A stretch of DNA of 64,000 nucleotides from Octopus sinensis (lineage: Eukaryota), in assembly GCF_006345805.1 (NCBI RefSeq), contig NC_043003.1, positions 4,836,001 to 4,900,000 on the forward strand. Direction: 5' to 3'. Positions within the stretch are counted from its first letter, which is position 1; every line of letters begins with the position of its first letter. Shown here piece after piece: positions 14,555 through 26,504 of this stretch. Below the pieces are notes generated by a model. It did not search any database. It worked only from the letters and a program-made list of their open reading frames with translations, and had not been told where the DNA came from. Made by a program: the position numbers and the translations under genes.

Positions 14555-14593
<39 letters not shown>

Positions 14594-15095
14594 TATATGT
14601 GTGTGTGTATATATATATATGTTGATATATATATGTGTATATATATCTATATATATATATATATATATAATATATATATATATATCGTTTAATATTGTAT
14701 AAGATTTATCTAAGACAAACAGTGGACTTTATTTACGTTTATCGTTAAAATGATATCACACAGCATTAATTAAAAATAAAATAACAAACAATCGTACAAA
14801 GAAATATTTGGTGCGGAATAAAATGGAGAAAATATAAAGGCGAGGAATTAGCTTCTGATATTTCCGGGTTAGTTGAAGGTGTATACGAACACTGTCATAT
14901 TGCGTATGCAAATATCTCCTGCGCACACGCACACATGCGCACATTCATGTACACCACACACACACACACACACAGACACACACCACACGCACACACACAC
15001 ACACACACACACATACATTAATGCACCGCACGTACATGTCTACACACCCACTCATACAATTATACACACCTATATACATGTATACACACACACAC

Positions 15096-15126
<31 letters not shown>

Positions 15127-15672
15127 CATACATACATATATATATATATACATATATACACACATACATATATACATAGATATATACATACATACATACA
15201 TATATACATACATATATACATACATATATATATATATACATACATACATATATACATACATACATACATATATACATACATATATACATACATACATATA
15301 TACATACATATATTATATATATTATATATTATATATATATATATAATAATATATATAATATATATGACCACAAATACGAACTAAAATATTGAAACATCAA
15401 AATAAGCAACTGAGATTTTATTTCCTAAAAAAATAACAATAACAATAATATTAATAACTACAACAACAACAAGAACAATAATAGCAATGAGAGAAATGAT
15501 GATAATGATGAAGATGACGATGATGACGACAATGATGATGATGATGATGATGATGATAACAAGGGTAATATTAGAACAGCCGTATACTTTATAGAATTCC
15601 CTGAAGATTTGACGATTCGAAGATCTGAAGAGATCTAAAACATTGCAGAGAAGAAGAAACAGCGATATATAA

Positions 15673-15679
<7 letters not shown>

Positions 15680-15727
<48 letters not shown>

Positions 15728-16165
15728 GAGAGAGAAGAAGAGAGAGAGAGGAGGGGATAGAAAGGGTGAAGGAGTGAATGAGGGAGATGAGGGAGAGAGG
15801 GAAAGTAAGTGAAAGGGACATAGATACAAAAGAAGAGAGAGAGGGGGAGAGAGAGAGGGGGGATAGAAAGGGTGAAGGAGTGAATGAAGGAGATGGGAGA
15901 GAGGGATAGAGATGGAGAGAGAGGGAGAAAGGGAAAGAAAGTGATAGGGGCATAGATACAAAGGAAGAGAGAAAGAGAGAGAGGAGAAGGAGAGAGAGAA
16001 AGAGAGATGAGGGGGAGACAGAGAAAGAGAGAGAGAGGAGATAGAAAGGGTGAAGGAGTGAATGAGGGACGTGGGAGAGAGAGAGACGGAGAGAGGTGGA
16101 GAGAGAGGGAGAAAGGGAGATAGATACAAAGGGAGAGAGGAGAAGAAAGAGAAAGAGATGGAGAC

Positions 16166-16200
<35 letters not shown>
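15680..16200. repeat. Purine-rich (GA) compound repeat
   Basis: (GA)n runs plus three copies of gatagaaagggtgaaggagtgaatga at ~15757, ~15861 and ~16039. The + strand is almost pyrimidine-free. Confidence 0.9.
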
Positions 16201-16203
<3 letters not shown>

Positions 16204-16367
16204 CGCGTTAGGTGGAGTTTTATCACAAACAAATATTGACAATCCTTCATTTCCCGATTGCAGTGCACCGTGACCACCCGGAAGGAATAAATATGAGGAG
16301 CATCAGCAGGTTCTCTCTGTCTCTCGTTCTCTTTATAAATGTATATGGGTATGCATACATACATACA

Positions 16368-16398
<31 letters not shown>

Positions 16399-16987
16399 GC
16401 ACATACATACATACATACATACATACGTATATACATAAATGTGTATACATTCATAAACATTTGCATACGTAAACGCACCCATATAAATATATACAATATA
16501 TTGTTTAAGTGTGTGTGTATACAGGTATATGTATGTTTGTGTTTGTGTGTGTAAATATATATACATATACTATATACATGTATATGTGTGTGTATATGCA
16601 TGTATATATATGCATACATATATTTATATGTCCATACACACACGCACTTATATATGAATTGTCTTATACATACATATACGCATGTAAACACGCACATTTA
16701 TATACGGGTGTTGTGTTGCGTCTTTGTGCGTATCTGTGCTTGTGTATAGAGTTGCATGTATTAAATGCATTTATATTGAACACATATTCAACAGCCTCGA
16801 ACGTGGAAAAACTTTCGCTGCTGTAACTTTCTCTGAAGACCAATTCTACATTTCTGCGAAAAAGCGTGAAAGTGCGTCATGTTGGACTATGTATGACGTC
16901 AGCGGATTGCAGCACGGGACTTTCTGCGTCGTTATACTTTTATAAGTCACAAACACAGAATGGGCCGTTCGTAGCCGAGTAAGTATT

Positions 16988-17660
16988 TATTTCTTTACTA
17001 CCCACAAGGGGCTAAACACAGAGAGAGGACATACAAGGACAGACAAACGGATTAAGTTGATTACATCGACCCCATGCGTAACTGGTACTTAATTTATCGA
17101 CCCCGAAAGGATGAAAGGTAAAGTCGACCTCGGCGGAATTTGAACTCAGAACGTAACGACAGACAGAAATAACTTTTTCTTTACTACCCACAAGGGGCTA
17201 AACACGGAGAGGACATACAAGGACAGACAAACGGATTAAGTTGATTACATCGACCCCATGCGTAACTGGTACTTATTCAATCGACCCCGAAAGGATGAAA
17301 GGCAAAGTCGACCTCGGCGGAATTTGAACTCAGAACGTAACGGTAGACAGAAATAACTTTTTCTTTACTACCCACAAGGGGCTAAACACAGAGAGGACAA
17401 ACAAAGACAGACAAACGGATCTAGTCGATTATATCGCCCCCCCCATGCGTAACTGGTACTTAATTTATCAACCCCGAAAGGATGAAAGGCAAAGTCGACC
17501 TCGGCGGAATTTGAACTCAGAACGTAACGGCAGACAGAAATAACTTTTTCTTTACTACACACAAGGGGCTAAACACAGAGGGGACCAACAAGGACAGACA
17601 AACGTATTAAGTCGATTATATGGACCCCAGTGCGTAACTGGTACTTAATTTATTGACCCC
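16988..17660 (-). repeat. Tandem array of ~3.6 SINE-A-derived units (184-187 bp)
   Basis: The anchor ctac(c/a)cacaagggg occurs at 16998, 17184, 17368 and 17555. All three junctions read gacagaaataactttttctttac. Confidence 0.95.
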
Positions 17661-17935
17661 GGTCGCATTCACCTATTCTTATATATAAACAGCCAACGCA
17701 CGAACACGTGACTTACGTTACAATGACGTCATTTATGCCACAGCTGCGAGAGTTTTGACATATTTTGTCGATAAGGAAAATTTCTCTTGCAAGACATTTG
17801 CCGCGTGCAAGTTTTCACACATCTTTACAAACTTGAGGAATATAAAGATAACTGCATGCAGTATTTTATTGAATCCTCGCTAATATGATCGATTTTCTTG
17901 TCGTGAACGACGAATTAGGGTTCGGTAAAAAAAAA

Positions 17936-18128
17936 GGCGGCGAGCTAGCAGAATCTTTAGCACACCGGGCGAAATGCTTAGCTGTATTTCGTCTACTGTT
18001 ACGTTCTGAGTTCAAATTCCGCCAGATCGACTTTGCCTTTCATCCTTTCGGGGTCGATTAAATAAGTACCAGTTACGCACTGGGGTGATTATTATCCGTT
18101 TGTCTGTCCCCTCTGTGTTTAGCCTCTT
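17936..18128 (+). mobile_element. SINE family A
   Basis: ggcggcgagctagcagaa...gagttcaaattccgcc...gcctttcatcctttcggggtcgat, with an internal deletion in the 3' part. Confidence 0.85.
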
Positions 18129-18129
18129 G

Positions 18130-18174
<45 letters not shown>

Positions 18175-18451
18175 GTAGAGTGAAAAAACGACAGAAGGCT
18201 TGAATGTTAAAAAATATATATATTTGCGTCAATATGTCTGAAGAATATTAGAAAATTTAAAAAAAAAAAATTTTTCCCTCTTATAATGACATAAATTAAA
18301 AGAAATACCGGTTTCGCGTGTAGCTTTTCAATATATATATATATTATATATATATGTAGATATATACATGTATCGGTGCATCAGCATAGCCGCAGCTCTG
18401 AGCTGAAGCTAGAGAAAAAAAAAATATATATTATTTTTATATTTATGTATG

Positions 18452-18525
<74 letters not shown>

Positions 18526-18534
18526 ATATCTACA

Positions 18535-18581
<47 letters not shown>

Positions 18582-18598
18582 ATATCTACATATATATA

Positions 18599-18630
<32 letters not shown>

Positions 18631-18667
18631 GTAGATATATACATGTATATATATATATATGTATATA

Positions 18668-18998
18668 TGGGGTGACACCCTTCGGTCAGACACTGACCAT
18701 GGGTTTGCACCTAGGAGTTACCCTCTGAGGCACAAGTCTGGGCAAGGTTGTTTTATGGAAGACCAGCAGTCGCCCATGCATACCGGCCTCCCCTCTCCAC
18801 GTCACCGATGTTGTCCAAGGGAAGGGCAAGGGCCTATACAGCTTGGCACCTGTGACATCGCAACTCATTTCTACAGCTGAGTGAACTGGAGCCACGTGAA
18901 ATAAAGTGTCTTGCTCAAGAACACAACACGCAGCCTGGTCCGGGATTCGAGCTCACAACCTCACGATCATAAGCTCGACGCTCTAACCATTGAGCCAC
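18668..18998 (-). mobile_element. tRNA-derived SINE family C
   Basis: Minus head gtggctcaatggttagagcgtcgagc...gagctcgaatcccgg has clear A and B boxes, followed by tgtgttcttgagcaagacactt and a GC-rich body. Confidence 0.8.
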
Positions 18999-19040
18999 GT
19001 GTATATATATATTATATATATATATATATATTGTAGATAT

Positions 19041-19079
<39 letters not shown>

Positions 19080-19084
19080 GATAT

Positions 19085-19151
<67 letters not shown>

Positions 19152-19252
19152 AGTATATATATATATATGTAGATATATAATGTATATATATATATATATA
19201 TGTAGATATATACATGTTATATATATATATGTAGATATATACATGTATATAT

Positions 19253-19303
<51 letters not shown>

Positions 19304-19469
19304 GATATATACTGTATGTATATATATATATATATATATATAGATATATATCTTAGGGTCGGAAGCAGTAGTGATACCAAATGGTATATCCAACTTACCA
19401 TGAAAGTCTTGTCAGGATACCGAGTGCTGCGTTATTAGCCCCGAGAGATCGTCTCATATAAGCAAATCC

Positions 19470-20335
19470 TCGTTCCTGTACCTTAGCTCTAAACTTAGGG
19501 CTGAGGCCCAGAGAAGACTTTGTGAAGCACAGGAAGACTGGTTACCTCGCAAATCCGAAGGGATCCAAACTTTTGCTGGCGAAAATAAAATTTACGAATA
19601 CCACGACTCGATCAAACACATGTTTGGTCCTTCGCACTGCCCGATTGCACCCCTCCTTACCGCTGACAGCATTACTCTAATTAAAGGAAAAGATAGGATC
19701 CTTGAACGATAGGCACGACACTTCCAAGATCTTATGAACAGAGTGAACCGAAATGATACGTCCGTTTTAGAAGAGCTTCCAACACTTTCAATCATCGAAG
19801 AAATAGATGATAGACCCAGTCTCGGCGAAGTCTCAAAGACCCCGAACTCTTTAAAGAATTAGATGTCCCTTGCGGAAGACAGTGTCCCTGGAAAGGTTTA
19901 CAATTACGGCGGCCCACAACTTGAGTCACATCTTCACTCATTCCTAGTTCTCTGCTGGAAAAACCAAAATATTCCTGATCGATGGAAAATAGCCAACATC
20001 ATTTGCGTTTACAAAAGAAATGGCGACCGATCCAACTGTGATAACAGCAAAGCCTCTCTCTTCTGGATGTGGCTGGCAAAATCCTTGCACACATTATTCT
20101 TCGCCGTGTTCTCATTTTCGTACCAGACCACATCTTCCCTGAATCTCAATGTGTTTTCAGACCCGAACGAAGCACAATTGATATGGTACTTGTTGTATGC
20201 TTACTTCGCGGAAAATGCAGAGAATAACAAAAAGAAAATTACTTTTGATTTCGTCGATTTGAAGAAGGCTTTTGATAAGGTTAATCCTAAAGTTTTCTGA
20301 AACTTTTGACAAAATTCGGATGTTAGACGCCACTT
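19470..20335 (+). mobile_element. RTE-clade LINE fragment (pre-RT linker plus N-terminal RT), pseudogenised
   Basis: Translation reads ..KDRILER*ARHFQDLMNR..PSLGEV..YNYGGPQL..IPDRWKIANIICVYKRNGDRSNCDN / SLLDVAGKILAHIILRR..FPESQCVFRPERSTIDMV..FVDLKKAFDKVN. These are RT subdomains 0-3 of RTE elements. Confidence 0.9.
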
Positions 20336-20419
20336 GATGCAACCCTCAATCATTAGTCTGCTGACTGGCGACTGAAGTCGTAGTGTCACGTGGTGCGTCT
20401 TTGTTCGTCGATTTTTGCG

Positions 20420-20612
20420 ATGGCTGAAACGAAGGAACAGCGTGCTTCCGTGAAATTCTGTTTTCTACTGGAGAAAACGACAACCGAAACAGATGTGATA
20501 CTTTAAACAGCTTACAAGGACATTGCCGTGAGCCAAGCACAAGTTTATGAGTGGTTCCCACGCTGTAGGATTGGTCACTTCTCGTTTGAATACCAACTAA
20601 AAATTCACCGAG
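20420..20612 (+). mobile_element. Mariner transposase N-terminal (HTH) fragment
   Basis: From ATG 20420: MAETKEQRASVKFCFLLEKTTTETDVIL*TAYKDIAVSQAQVYEWFPRCRIG. This matches the mariner EQR..IKFC..GK...ET..L..AY....S..QV.EWF pattern. Confidence 0.85.
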
Positions 20613-21159
20613 GCGTTGCCCCAGCATGGCTATAGTCTAATGACAGTAAGACATAGAAGGTAAAAGATTTATAATGCCTATAATGAGCTTACATATGGGC
20701 AAAGAGCTATATAAGCCTTATGAAACAACAAAATGTTACCTTACACTTAAGGAAGATGCCTGAAAAGGAAATCCTGTTATTTCAAATGATGTTATGTTAC
20801 AGTTGTGTTGGCTATAAACTTCATAAAGTGGTGATAACTCGTACATGACTTAGGCTTACAGGGGGAAATAATTTACTGCTAGCTTCTTTACATGCTTTTC
20901 TGTGGCAATTACATAATCCTTTTGCGCAAGGAAATTCATTAGAAATGATATATGTTTGTTTGTGATATAGATTTCTGTCAGAAATATTATATAACGTTGT
21001 TGTAAGTTGTTACATAATATCACGGACAATTTAGAAATCACACATTTCACTCTATTTTTTTATTGAATTCACTCCCTTTGTAGTATGTAATTCATGCAAC
21101 AGTGTCTCTATGTAGATGTATATGCATACACACACACACATATATGCACAAGTGTATAT

Positions 21160-21197
<38 letters not shown>

Positions 21198-21394
21198 TAG
21201 GGAGATTTGGTGGTGAAATACACGAGGATGGATATTGAAGTCTTTTGCTTTTGCATGTTATTGTTTTTGTTTGTGGAAACACTTAAAAAGATTATGCAAA
21301 ATAAACATATACACAAAGATAGATATCACACAAACACACACGCAGAAACACGGACACACACACCTATATACTGCATACACACACACGCACACAA

Positions 21395-21431
<37 letters not shown>

Positions 21432-22550
21432 GTATGTGTATAGTACATGGTAATGAATTCTATATATTGTAGCATGCAGGAAATGGAATTACAGAATTAA
21501 TATATCAGAAACCTATTGAGCAGTGCTTACACCATGACACCACACCAGTTCGGATAAGATTCAACGCATTACACACACAAACACACACGTACACACACAC
21601 ACATACACACACACAAGCGTTTCTGTATAAATGTATGTTTATATATTGTGTGAGAGAGGAGGAAAATTTTTTTGTGGGTGTAGGCGTTTTTTTTTTTTTT
21701 CAGTTTTTGTTTCTGTTGTTGTTGTTGTTATTGTTATTGACGAATGGATGAATTTTTGGATTGATGGATTCAGGGAATATAGGTTTTCATCGAAGTCATG
21801 TGTAGAAGATAGCAATCACGGAAGGAAGAAACAAATAGCAATTTACTGTGAATTACCGATGGAATTTTCCATACGCGTCTAAAATGGCGGTCACTGACGT
21901 TAATATTAACGTAAGTGATGCGTTAAGTGTATATTAAATAATATATATAGGAAACCATAAAGACTGCAGGCTGCTGCTGTATATGGATAGAACAACGTGG
22001 ACTAGCTAGGTTCTTCAACGAGATTCCTTTGTGTAAGGAATTTAACGGAACTCTATGGGGCTTTGCGGATAGAATTCTTGGATATAGGAAGATATTCTAC
22101 ATAATCTATGACAATTTATTACTGCTTCGGCCATTTTCATCGTCCATCATTTTTACTCAGTCTGTTTGATGTAACTTTTCTCTTCACCTCTTGATATTTA
22201 CACACACACACGCACGCACGTACATACACACAGCAGCCACCTATGTACGGTGTTGACGTTCAGTGTTGACGTTCAGTGTTTTTTGCTTCTTGTGAGAAAA
22301 AACTGATGACTCAGTCCAAGAAGCCACGCAGTGAATCCTCAACTGACTCTCGTCGAACAGAAATTCTGAATCATAAATTATGTATTCTGCCCTTCCTGTA
22401 TATCTATATATAGTGACGTGCATGTAGATCCCTCTGTCTATTTGTCTGACTGACTGACTCACTCTCTCTCTCTGTATTTACGCATATAAATGTATGCATA
22501 TATGTAAATATATATACACACAAATACACACACTGATATATATATATATC

Positions 22551-22775
22551 AGCTTGGCAGAATCGTTAGCCCGCCGGGCGAAATGCTTAGAGGTATTTCG
22601 TCTGCCGCTACGCTCTGAGTTCAAATTCTTCCGAGGTCGACTTTGCCTTTCATCCTTTCGGGGTCGATTAAATAAGTACCAGTTACGCACTGGGGTCGAT
22701 AAAATTGGCTTAATCCATTTGTCTGTCCTTGTTTGTCCCCTCTGTGATTAGCCCCTTGTGGGTAGTAAAGAAATA
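22551..22775 (+). mobile_element. SINE family A
   Basis: Matches the other A copies through to gggtagtaaagaaata. Confidence 0.85.
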
Positions 22776-22800
22776 TGTATATATATATATATATATACAG

Positions 22801-23174
22801 TGGAGGCGCAATGACCCAGTAGTTAGGGCAGCGGACTCGCGGTCGTAGTATCGCGGTTTCGATTCCCAGATCGGGCGTTGTGAGTGTTTATTGAGCGAAA
22901 GCACCTAAATCTCCACGATATTCCGGTGAGGGTGGCGAACCTAGCTGTGCTCTTTCACTATAACTTTCTCTTACTCATCCTTCGTGTTTCTGTTATACCT
23001 ATATTTCAAAGGGGCCAGCCTTGTCACAATCTGTGTCACACTGAATCGGCCCGAGAACTACGTTAAAGGCCACACGTGTCTGTGGAGTACTCAGCCACTT
23101 AGACATTAATTTCACGAGAGGCTGTTCCATTGATCAGATCAATTGGAACCGTCGTCGTAACCGACGGAGTGCCA

Positions 23175-23177
<3 letters not shown>
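22801..23177 (+). mobile_element. tRNA-derived SINE family D
   Basis: Head tggaggcgcaatgacccagtagttagggcagcggactcgcggtcgtagtatcgcggtttcgattcccag is tRNA-like (A box; B box ggtttcgattcc), followed by a ~300-bp body. Confidence 0.7.
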
Positions 23178-23204
<27 letters not shown>

Positions 23205-23205
<1 letters not shown>

Positions 23206-23365
23206 GGGAGAATTTACGAAAAAAACAAAAGACGACGACAGGTGGTGTACAAAACAAACAGATGTATTAGTATAACGCTCAGGAATAGAAAAAAGTATTT
23301 TACGTTTCGAGCCTACGCTCTTCTACAGAAAGGGACACAGAAAAAACAAGGAGAGAAAAATATGA
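23205..23365 (-). mobile_element. Penelope-like terminal-repeat remnant, subfamily B, with variant hammerhead motif (23297-23332)
   Basis: Reverse complement of the unit at 26695-26840. Motif: ccuuu CUGUAGA A gagc-guag-gcuc GAA ACGU A aaau. Confidence 0.55.
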
Positions 23366-23383
23366 ATAGTGGCTAACGATCTG

Positions 23384-23425
<42 letters not shown>

Positions 23426-23689
23426 TGAGAGAGGGATAAGCTCTTGTTCTTTTACTTTAGCGTTCATTTTGATCGGTCCCCCTGCTTGATAGCAAGATCG
23501 TGAATTAATGCAAGTTGTTTTGTTCATTGCCCTTTATATTTTAAGAAAAATCTTGCAGATTTTTATTGCGATCATTTGTAGTATACAGTCCCGAAGAACC
23601 CAGGTTCAACCATACATTACTCTTGATGGGTTGACAGCCATATGGGTACGTTTAAAATGTGTATGTATGTATCCGTGTACATTCAAAAT

Positions 23690-23895
23690 GTGACCACGTG
23701 TGTACCGTTGGCGATTTTTTCCTCCGTCTTCCCTTTCTTGGATCTTTCCTTTTCCTATTTTTCTGACGAAGAGCTCCGCTCGAAACGCTAAATCCTCCTC
23801 CTTGCTTTCCTTTCCTGAGCGTCCAATAACACTAGACTTGTTCCACGTCCTCGCGTTGTTGTGCTTTCTCTTTGTGTTTTCATGTTTGGATTAAC
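23690..23895 (+). mobile_element. Penelope-like terminal-repeat remnant, subfamily A, with hammerhead-like motif (23759-23793)
   Basis: CUGACGA A gagc-ucc-gcuc GAA ACGC U aaau. The core is intact but U16.1 is changed to C. Confidence 0.6.
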
Positions 23896-24737
23896 TTTAT
23901 ATATATACATACATACACACATTCATGCGTACATATATACATGAATGTATACACACAGACAAACACACACACACATATATAAACACATGCAAATATATAT
24001 CTTATGAGTTTTTCTACACTTTCCTCTATTAGTTGAAATGCAGGCAAGTTCGAATTCACATTCAAGGTACCATCTAATAGGAAACTGAACGTGGGTCGTC
24101 GATGTTTGCAAGTGCACATCTTCAAGATACGGCCATGCTTATGCCTACACACACACACCCACACCCACACAGCGATTGGCAATATACATGTTAGGATGCT
24201 TTATGATAAATATTTACTTCGAGTGATGAGTAGTTGAATTAATTATTCAGTGATATATATTCAGAGAAATGAATAAACCTCCGTATGTTTCCTGCGTAGA
24301 CCATCTATACATGTAATTACGAGGTTATATATGGGAATGTGTAACGTGAATGTGCTGCGAGAGGTCAAGTATGTATATATTATTCATAGATTTGTTGTAC
24401 GGAAAAGATATCTCATGAAATTGATAAAATTATATCAAAGAGAGATAAAAGAAAATGGCGGAGTGTTAAATATGAAAGATATATGAAATATTAAAACAAA
24501 CAGCTTTCACCTGTCTTACGGCCTCTCTTTCTCGATGCGCACACATGCGTGCGCATATGTTTGTATACATACATTGGTATATAAATGTGTGTGTGTGTGC
24601 GTGCACGCCTCTGTGTATGGGTGCGTGTGCACCTGTATACGCATATCTATCTATCTATCTATCTATCTACCTTCCTTCCTACCTACCTACCTACCTTCCT
24701 ACCTACCCACCTTCCTTCCTTTCCCTCTTTCTTTCTT

Positions 24738-24829
<92 letters not shown>

Positions 24830-24944
24830 GTATGAGGCTTTTTATGTCTGATTGCTTCTAGGGGAAATATACCGAGTTTTCTGACAAATTCTTTTTCGAA
24901 GAGTGAGAATAATTCTTCTTAATCTTTGGTCCATCCGAGCGTTA

Positions 24945-25190
24945 ACTGCGCGGAGAATGACAGGAAATGGGAGGCACATTGGTGTTGCACATGCGTGAAA
25001 GGTAAGCGGAGAAGAGATCAAGGAAGCGTAAGTGTGGGTGAGGAGTTTGGAGGTAGGGAGCGAACAGATCGATATCGAAGATGAGTCCGAACGGAAGAGA
25101 AAGGGAGGGAGTCAGGGGAAGCCAGAGACCGATTATTTTGCTGGCGAGGGACAGGAAATTTGTCTCTGGCATTATTCGCAGAAACATCTG
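24945..25190 (-). mobile_element. Probable degenerate Penelope-like RT fragment (paralogous to 26045-26260)
   Basis: PFGLIFDIDLFAPYLQTPHPHLRFLDLFS loosely resembles my recalled PLE RT segment PTELIS.YLD.LFAPLVQ.LP..HAL.LF. Nucleotide similarity to 26065-26145 is directly visible. Confidence 0.35.
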
Positions 25191-25274
25191 TACACACACA
25201 CACATTTATACAGGTATATGTGGATGTATATACATAGCGTATATATACGTGTGTGTGTGTGTGTATCTTTTAAA

Positions 25275-25457
25275 CATTTCAGTCATTAGACTGCGACCAG
25301 GTCGGGGCACAGCCTTGAGCAATTTTAATCAAACTAATCGCCCACAGTACTTATTCTATCGATGTCTTCTGCTGAACCGCTAAGTTACGAAGACGTAAAC
25401 AAACCAACACCAGTTGTCAAGTGGTGGTGGTGGAGGACGAGCACAAACACAAAGAAG

Positions 25458-25526
<69 letters not shown>

Positions 25527-25595
25527 AACTACGGGCTTCGGGTTTCGTTCAGTTTCCGTCTACCAAATCCTCTCACAAGGCTTTGGTCGGCCGGA
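25275..25595 (-). mobile_element. SINE family B, 5'-incomplete
   Basis: ttcagtcattagactgcg...gaaccgctaagttacg...tcagtttccgtctaccaaatcc matches family B. Confidence 0.75.
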
Positions 25596-26044
25596 GGGTG
25601 TGTATGTTTAATGTGAGATCACTCTTAGTGTAACTGGTAACATGTAACCCTGCACAACCTTTCGCATGTTCGGGCCCTACCAAGGTTATTTAATACCGTG
25701 TGCGGTGGGTATTGGACAAAAATCAAAACCTTTCGGATGTACTCTTTTGTGTCAACGGCCATCGAATGGCTGTAAACCATCCGGAAGTGAGGGTCACAGC
25801 ATCCTTCTAACAGAGGGTAACTATGATGTAAAGCCTGCAATTACGGGTCATCATGCTTCGACCTGTCACAGGATTGATCACAGAGACACAAAGACAGGCA
25901 CCTGCGTTGAACAAGCACTCATCATATAATCTGATGACTTATTCATGCCTCTATATGGCGACCTAATTTGGCATTCGAACTACTAAAAGTACTACGTCAA
26001 CGGAAGAGTGGTCACGTGTACACACCCAACCAGTGAGACGGTTT

Positions 26045-26260
26045 AACTACAAATTAAAAACGTTTGTAAGATGAGTTCGAACGAAGGAGAAAGGCCAGGA
26101 GTCAGGGCAACATGGAGACTGATTATTTTACTGTCGATGGACAGGGGATTTTCCCCCAAAGTGATTTCATGAACCGAATGGAAGTTACAACTTGTGTTTG
26201 ATATCTGTGCTTCATATGCAGATCTGCTGTAGGACTGACCAGTCACTGGAGCGGTCATGG
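26045..26260 (-). mobile_element. Probable degenerate Penelope-like RT fragment
   Basis: AYEAQISNT..SKII..SPSFELIL; paralogous to 24945-25190. The PLE identity is a weak by-eye similarity. Confidence 0.3.
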
Positions 26261-26504
26261 ACGGAAAGTTAAAATGCCATTGCTATAGGAGGAAAACGAA
26301 GGAGACGACAGTCATGTGGGAAGACGGAGCAACCACTGTACATACATGTGTGTGTCTGTGTGTTTGTGTGGGTGCATATGTGTGAACAGAGACAGGGATT
26401 CTAAAAATCAAACAGATGTCACATTAAGCTCTCCAGCAATTGCATGTCTAACAAGAATGATCGTGTTGGAGGCTAGGTGAAACCTTCAAGTGGATGTGAC
26501 CTCG

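Noticed and set aside
15560-15660. Possible minus-strand exon DLFRSSNRQIFREFYK after a polypyrimidine tract
   Set aside because: The pyrimidine tract is just the (CT)n repeat, the donor is weak, and the peptide is not recognised.
16988-17660. CRISPR-like array
   Set aside because: The units are whole 185-bp SINE fragments with no unique spacers, the context is eukaryotic, and there are no cas genes.
17665-17720. Helitron-like ends around the SINE array (ctattcttatatataaa; hairpin near 16960)
   Set aside because: There is no TC...CTRR pair in a consistent order and orientation.
18920-18998. tRNA gene (also 22801-22875 and the SINE A and B heads)
   Set aside because: The A/B boxes continue directly into SINE bodies, and no complete cloverleaf with an acceptor stem can be drawn.
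25930-26000. CTGATGA...atgcc/ggcat...CGAAC as a hammerhead
   Set aside because: There are extra unpaired bases after the core, no GAAA and no stem I complement.
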